NCBI GenBank assembly: GCA_051362555.1
Contig: CM120641.1
Span: forward strand, 8,060,001-8,124,000
Reading direction: 5' to 3'
From: Lingula anatina
Taxonomy: Eukaryota > Animalia > Brachiopoda
Length of the DNA: 64,000 bases
The notes beneath the pieces were generated by a model. The model searched no databases and was not told the DNA's origin. It saw nothing but the letters and a program-made list of their open reading frames with translations. Of this stretch, positions 59,279 through 64,000 are shown piece after piece. Positions within the stretch are counted from its first letter, which is position 1, and every line of letters begins with the position of its first letter. A program made the position numbers and the translations under genes.

Positions 59279-62200
59279 GGCTATCCTTTCTTTATTGAAA
59301 CTGACAAGGCATAAGCCATTTATACCTTAAAATAAGGCTCATCTTCGTGGAAGGTACCATATGTCAGACGTGAAGGCCACGCTATGAAATAAGTTGATTA
59401 TATTATCGGGAACTTGAAAATTATTTGCATAAATTGAAAATTATACTAGTCGATGACAGGAAAAGAAAAGTAACTGCGATTATTTGTCTGTGTGTAAATT
59501 AAAATTTTTTTCTATTTATCGATATTCTAAAAATTATAGTATTTATTTCACTATAATTTTAGAATAAATTACGCAACTGAATGCATAACCTTTAATCATG
59601 ATTGTGAAAAAAATTGCTAGCCTTAGCGTGTTTTAAACACCCATAGAAGAAATAAGAATATGGTTCAACTAAATCAATGTTCATACATGGTTAACGCTCC
59701 GTTAAACTACTAATTTTCAACGGCCCTTAGTAACCCTAAACTAAGGCTCTCTAATGACCACCTGTTAGTATCCACAGCTTTAACATACGGACTTGAGTCG
59801 TATCGATACATAAGTTACCGATACTTGCGTTACCAGATTGCGTGTAGATTGTTGTTGTTGTTGTTGTTTACATTGTTAGTTGTCCGTCGGCGCAACTATA
59901 TGAGTGCATGTGGCGTCATGCATGCAGGCGCGTTTGTTTCTACGTTGCACATTCCTCTTTGTTACATTGTCATACCGATTTTGATATCCATCGATACATA
60001 CGTTACCTATGTTTTAATAACTGTTAGCTGAAGTACCCCGAATTTCCCGGTGTTTTGGAGAGCAAACAGTGCCCTTTTGTAGAGTTTAGAACTATAATTT
60101 AGTTATAGTCAAAATTCTAATTTCAAGAGGGGAAAATTGATGCGATATAATTTTCATAAACCGAAGGGGGGGGGGGGGTCAGGACCCTTATGACACCCCT
60201 CTAAATTCGCCACTGCTGTAGCGTCTGTGGGGTTCGGCTCGCCCTGGCTGGGGGCCATAAACGCTGTTGTTTCTGCTGTTTCTGTGATACCAGCCATTGT
60301 GAAATATTCATTGTCGTACATCTTGACACACATTTCTGTAATTTCTGTGAACATTTAGAATGTTGAAAAACAATTCAAATCTCAGTCTAAAACAAAATAT
60401 ATTTAAAAAATAAGACATTAAATCAATTTGTCAAATGGAACCTCAAATACTTAAGTATTGGGTGCAATAATAATAATAATAGCTATTTGATTAAAGGGAT
60501 AATAAATGTTCGTTTTGGCCAAAAAATGAATTTTCCCGGAGTAAACAACAATTTTCCCATACTTACTAATGGTTAACGAATTCATTTCTTCTTTCAATGG
60601 TAGTCCCTTTTTTATTTATTTTTTTTTCTTAAGAGATTATTACAGAGTATAGCCATCTATGGAGGTCAGAATAATAGCTATAACATGTATTTCTATACAT
60701 GTATTTCTATGAGTTGTTTACAATGTTTTATTGTGAAATATAGATCTTATACGAAGAGTTGTTATCCCTTTAATGAACTGTGCATGATTCTTTTAAAAAT
60801 AACGAGATGACTTTACTTATCGTGATATGGGGAGAAAGGCAACGAAATATTTAAGAAATATAAAGGAAATATAAATAACAAGAAGGTTAACAACACCAAC
60901 AGAAAAAATCGTTAATTTTCAAGTCTGCAAATCCAAATGTTTTAAAATTGTTTGAGTCTATTTGGAAATAACTGCTAATATCAAACGATCAGTCTTGAGG
61001 ATGTGGTCATCTCCGCTACCGCACTGGGATTGAGTCCACACTGCACATGTGGATGAATTAACGGTGGAACAGGCGTTCACAGGTAAAAGTAGAGGGTTTG
61101 ATAGTCTTAGAGCGTTGAATATATAAGCAAATCCGGTATTGAAATTTTGTTCTCATGATCCAAGGTACAAGAAATTCCGACAGAATAATCTGTTGTGTAT
61201 TTCTACTCAGGACCTAAAACGCAAGAAAGCCCAGACACAAGGAAACTTATGAATCTTCTAACTGGTGCAGTTGTACATTTTTTATTCTCTTGTAAGAATT
61301 GAACACCACACAAAAATAAAATTGTCTATAACAAGACAATGTTATTTTTTTAAATTATTTTATTTAATTATTTTTTTTACCAAAGGCCGACTACCATGAG
61401 AATATTTCTGATATTGTCTTCCCAAGCTGTTGCAACATTATTTTGACCGACAAACAAGTAATAGAGCATGGCAAACACTCCAGCGAAATAAGTCAAATTT
61501 AGTATTTTACAAACCAAACCGTATTCTTTGATGTGTTAATTGTTGTTATGATAGTAAAAATATTTTTTCCAGATGTGGGCATATTCTTATTGACAGAACG
61601 GATTTCGTGCGTCATTAAACTAGCATCTCGATGTAATAAATGGAAGTTTTGTAAATACTAAAAGGTTAGAGAAACTAAAAGCTCCAATCGCACAATACGC
61701 ATTATGCATAGTAATACCATTTAATGCATTTTGTCCTATTCAAATCAAATTGGTTGAGTAAACGAAATTATGATTTTAACACACAAGCCCTGGTGGCCAA
61801 ATTCTTTACCATGAGCATGCTATTCTTTCGCGTTCTATTCAAGCGTTCTATTATTTCACCATATTTAATACGTAGTCAGTTGACGTGCTTATATTTACTT
61901 TCGGTGTATGCACGGCTATTTTGGCATTCATGAGCTCTGTTTCGGCTGTTTGTTTTTCAGTCAATGACGTGAAGTGTTTCTCTATTAAGTGAATTTGCAA
62001 TCAATAGAAACGGAGACCAGATTTACGAGACAGAGGCTGACAGAGAACAACACAGATTGTGTCTGGAGCTCTAACCGGCGGGGATGCCCTCACGGTCGTA
62101 TTTTTTTGAATGCGCAATTCATACAACTAGCATACGACCTCAAGGGCATTTTTTATCTCGCTCATTCAATAACCAGCGTATTTGTCGTCGCGAACACTGA

Positions 62201-62436
62201 GCGACATTCTAATTACTGAAGGGTATTGAATTACAGGCTCAGAACTGGTGCAGAGACCTCGGTAAGCTGGAACAATTTTTAGTTACAACACAAACCAACT
62301 ACGGTGTCGTCCGGTCCTCCTTGTTTGTAAGAAGTACCGTAAACTTTGGTAAGGATAATCCTGGTATTTATATAGGAATATCGAAGGTAGAAATCGGGCA
62401 AGACAAACACCGTTATCGCACCTAACAACCATAGAT

Positions 62437-63280
62437 ATGGAGGGGCGCTGTAAATCTAATAGTAATAAACACCAATCCTTGGACAGTGGTCCGGGTGGAT
62501 CCAGCAAGCCGTATCTTGGACATGGTACAGACAGAGACAATAGAAACAGCCAGAAGGAAAGACCAAAGAGGCCAAAAACAAGTAAAACTCGGACGAAAGG
62601 CGCAAGCTCCACTGAGGTAAAGGATACAAGTCATACAACCAGAGATGACAACGCGAACGTCATCAGTAATGGCTTGACCCCAGACGACAGCGGTGGAGTT
62701 GTGGATTCAGTGGCCGACAATTTGGAACAAAGTCTGAAACTCACTGAAAGTGTCGACGCTCACGATCAAAATAACCCAGACATGCACGGTACGGAACCGA
62801 ACGGTGAGGCAATGGGGGACGATGCAGTCTATGTGCAAGACGGCGAAGAAAAAATAAAAACGGAAGAGGAAAGTGTAACCATGGAGAGGTCCAGTGTGGA
62901 TAGTAGTGATGACCAGGAAGTTGATGACAGTAGACTAAGCAGACAAGCGGTGGCGGATGACGAAGAAAATCTTAGAAAATTCGAAGAGGAGTTCGACCCT
63001 AAGAAGCTGAGTTCGTCTGCTGCGAATTTTGACAGTAAAGCATTCACTGGGAACATCCAAAGCTTTATTGATCGTATGCAATCAGATTCGTTCGCTCGTG
63101 TTACACTAGACTTTCCGGCAAACGATCTGCAAAATCTGACTGCAAAGATATCGTCTGCACTATTAGAATTCAGAAATTATACCCTGTATTCCCAGAGTCA
63201 GCTGGAAGAGTTGAGAAACAAAATCACCGAGGTCAAAGAGAATGTAACAGAGCAGCTTCACACGGTGGATACCAATGCAG
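62437..63280 (+). CDS. First coding exon of an unidentified gene (disordered acidic N-terminus followed by a coiled-coil); continues beyond the window
   Basis: 281-codon open frame with coding-like composition, ending at the donor GCAG|GTTAGT (63281). Confidence 0.7.
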
Positions 63281-64000
63281 GTTAGTTGAATCTTAATGGT
63301 GGTATTAAGTTTCAAAATGTCAAATATGTGCTCCTGCATAACATCGAGCCCATTTTACTGAATGACATAGAACAAAAATGATAATAGTTTTGTTAAAGGC
63401 ATTGGGACATAGATTACTGTACCTTTCATTACATGAAAACAATCCAGGGTTTCAATATTTTTCTCCCAATGGCTAATGTTTTATTCATTAAAAACGTTGT
63501 AAATATTCAGATGTGCTTGGCATATAATCTTTTTTAATAATTTCATTCCATACAAACAAAATGCTTTGGCACGCCCCTCATTTATAGGAATTTTTTGAGA
63601 GATCTCGAACTTCAATGTTTTAATTTTGTAGTCCATACAATCATGCCAAAAGATTACGCAACTTCCTTTACCCTGAAAATTATCGCCCAGTATCTTTTAA
63701 AATGAAAGAAAAATGAAATACCTTCTAATATTAGAATGAACACGACATACACGCCTCCCTCGTCATCTCTGCAAAATACTTTTGCTTTAGACTATTTTTC
63801 TATTTAATCCTACACGTTGGTATATTTTCTTTTCAAAACAATGGTTAAAATTAATTTATTGCAACGATAGTCATTATGTCGTATTAAGCTAACCTTTGTA
63901 TTAGATATTTCTCCTTGAGTTATCACTCCCAGTGATTTATCACTAAGTCTAACTAGGTTGTTTGTCAATTTTGTTATATATGTCTCACGTCAAATTGATT

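Noticed and set aside
60166-60215. hAT-MITE-like end (..GACACCCCTCTAAATTCGCCACTG); similar relic near 51905
   Set aside because: Solo ends without a partner TIR or TSD

Overview
AT-rich eukaryotic (invertebrate animal-type) genomic DNA with two sharply different halves. Positions 1-37 kb contain no host genes and are a deeply nested transposon stack: a non-autonomous LTR element with identical LTRs and one acidic ORF, two families of non-autonomous Helitron/Helentron-type (HINE-like) elements carrying internal 146-bp and ~160-bp tandem arrays, a piggyBac element, an internally deleted hAT-like element, a P-like element, an intact Ty3/gypsy (Mag-like) retrotransposon, an AcademH-like element with a RecQ fragment, and MITEs. 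Positions 37.8-64 kb are gene-dense: a 12-exon MAP2K4/MKK4, tRNA-Glu(TTC), a 5-exon AQP8-like aquaporin, two intronless secreted non-animal-type (peroxidase-catalase superfamily, Hydra APX-like) heme peroxidases, and the first exon of an unidentified gene. Main leads: (i) an AQP8-like aquaporin placed divergently next to a pair of non-animal-type peroxidases, a possible H2O2-handling cluster, with one paralog carrying a Pro/Arg-rich insert; (ii) a recently mobile HINE family whose 146-bp monomer is packed with nuclear-receptor response elements; (iii) a young gag/pol-less LTR element carrying an unknown acidic ORF. All calls were made by eye and no database searches were run.
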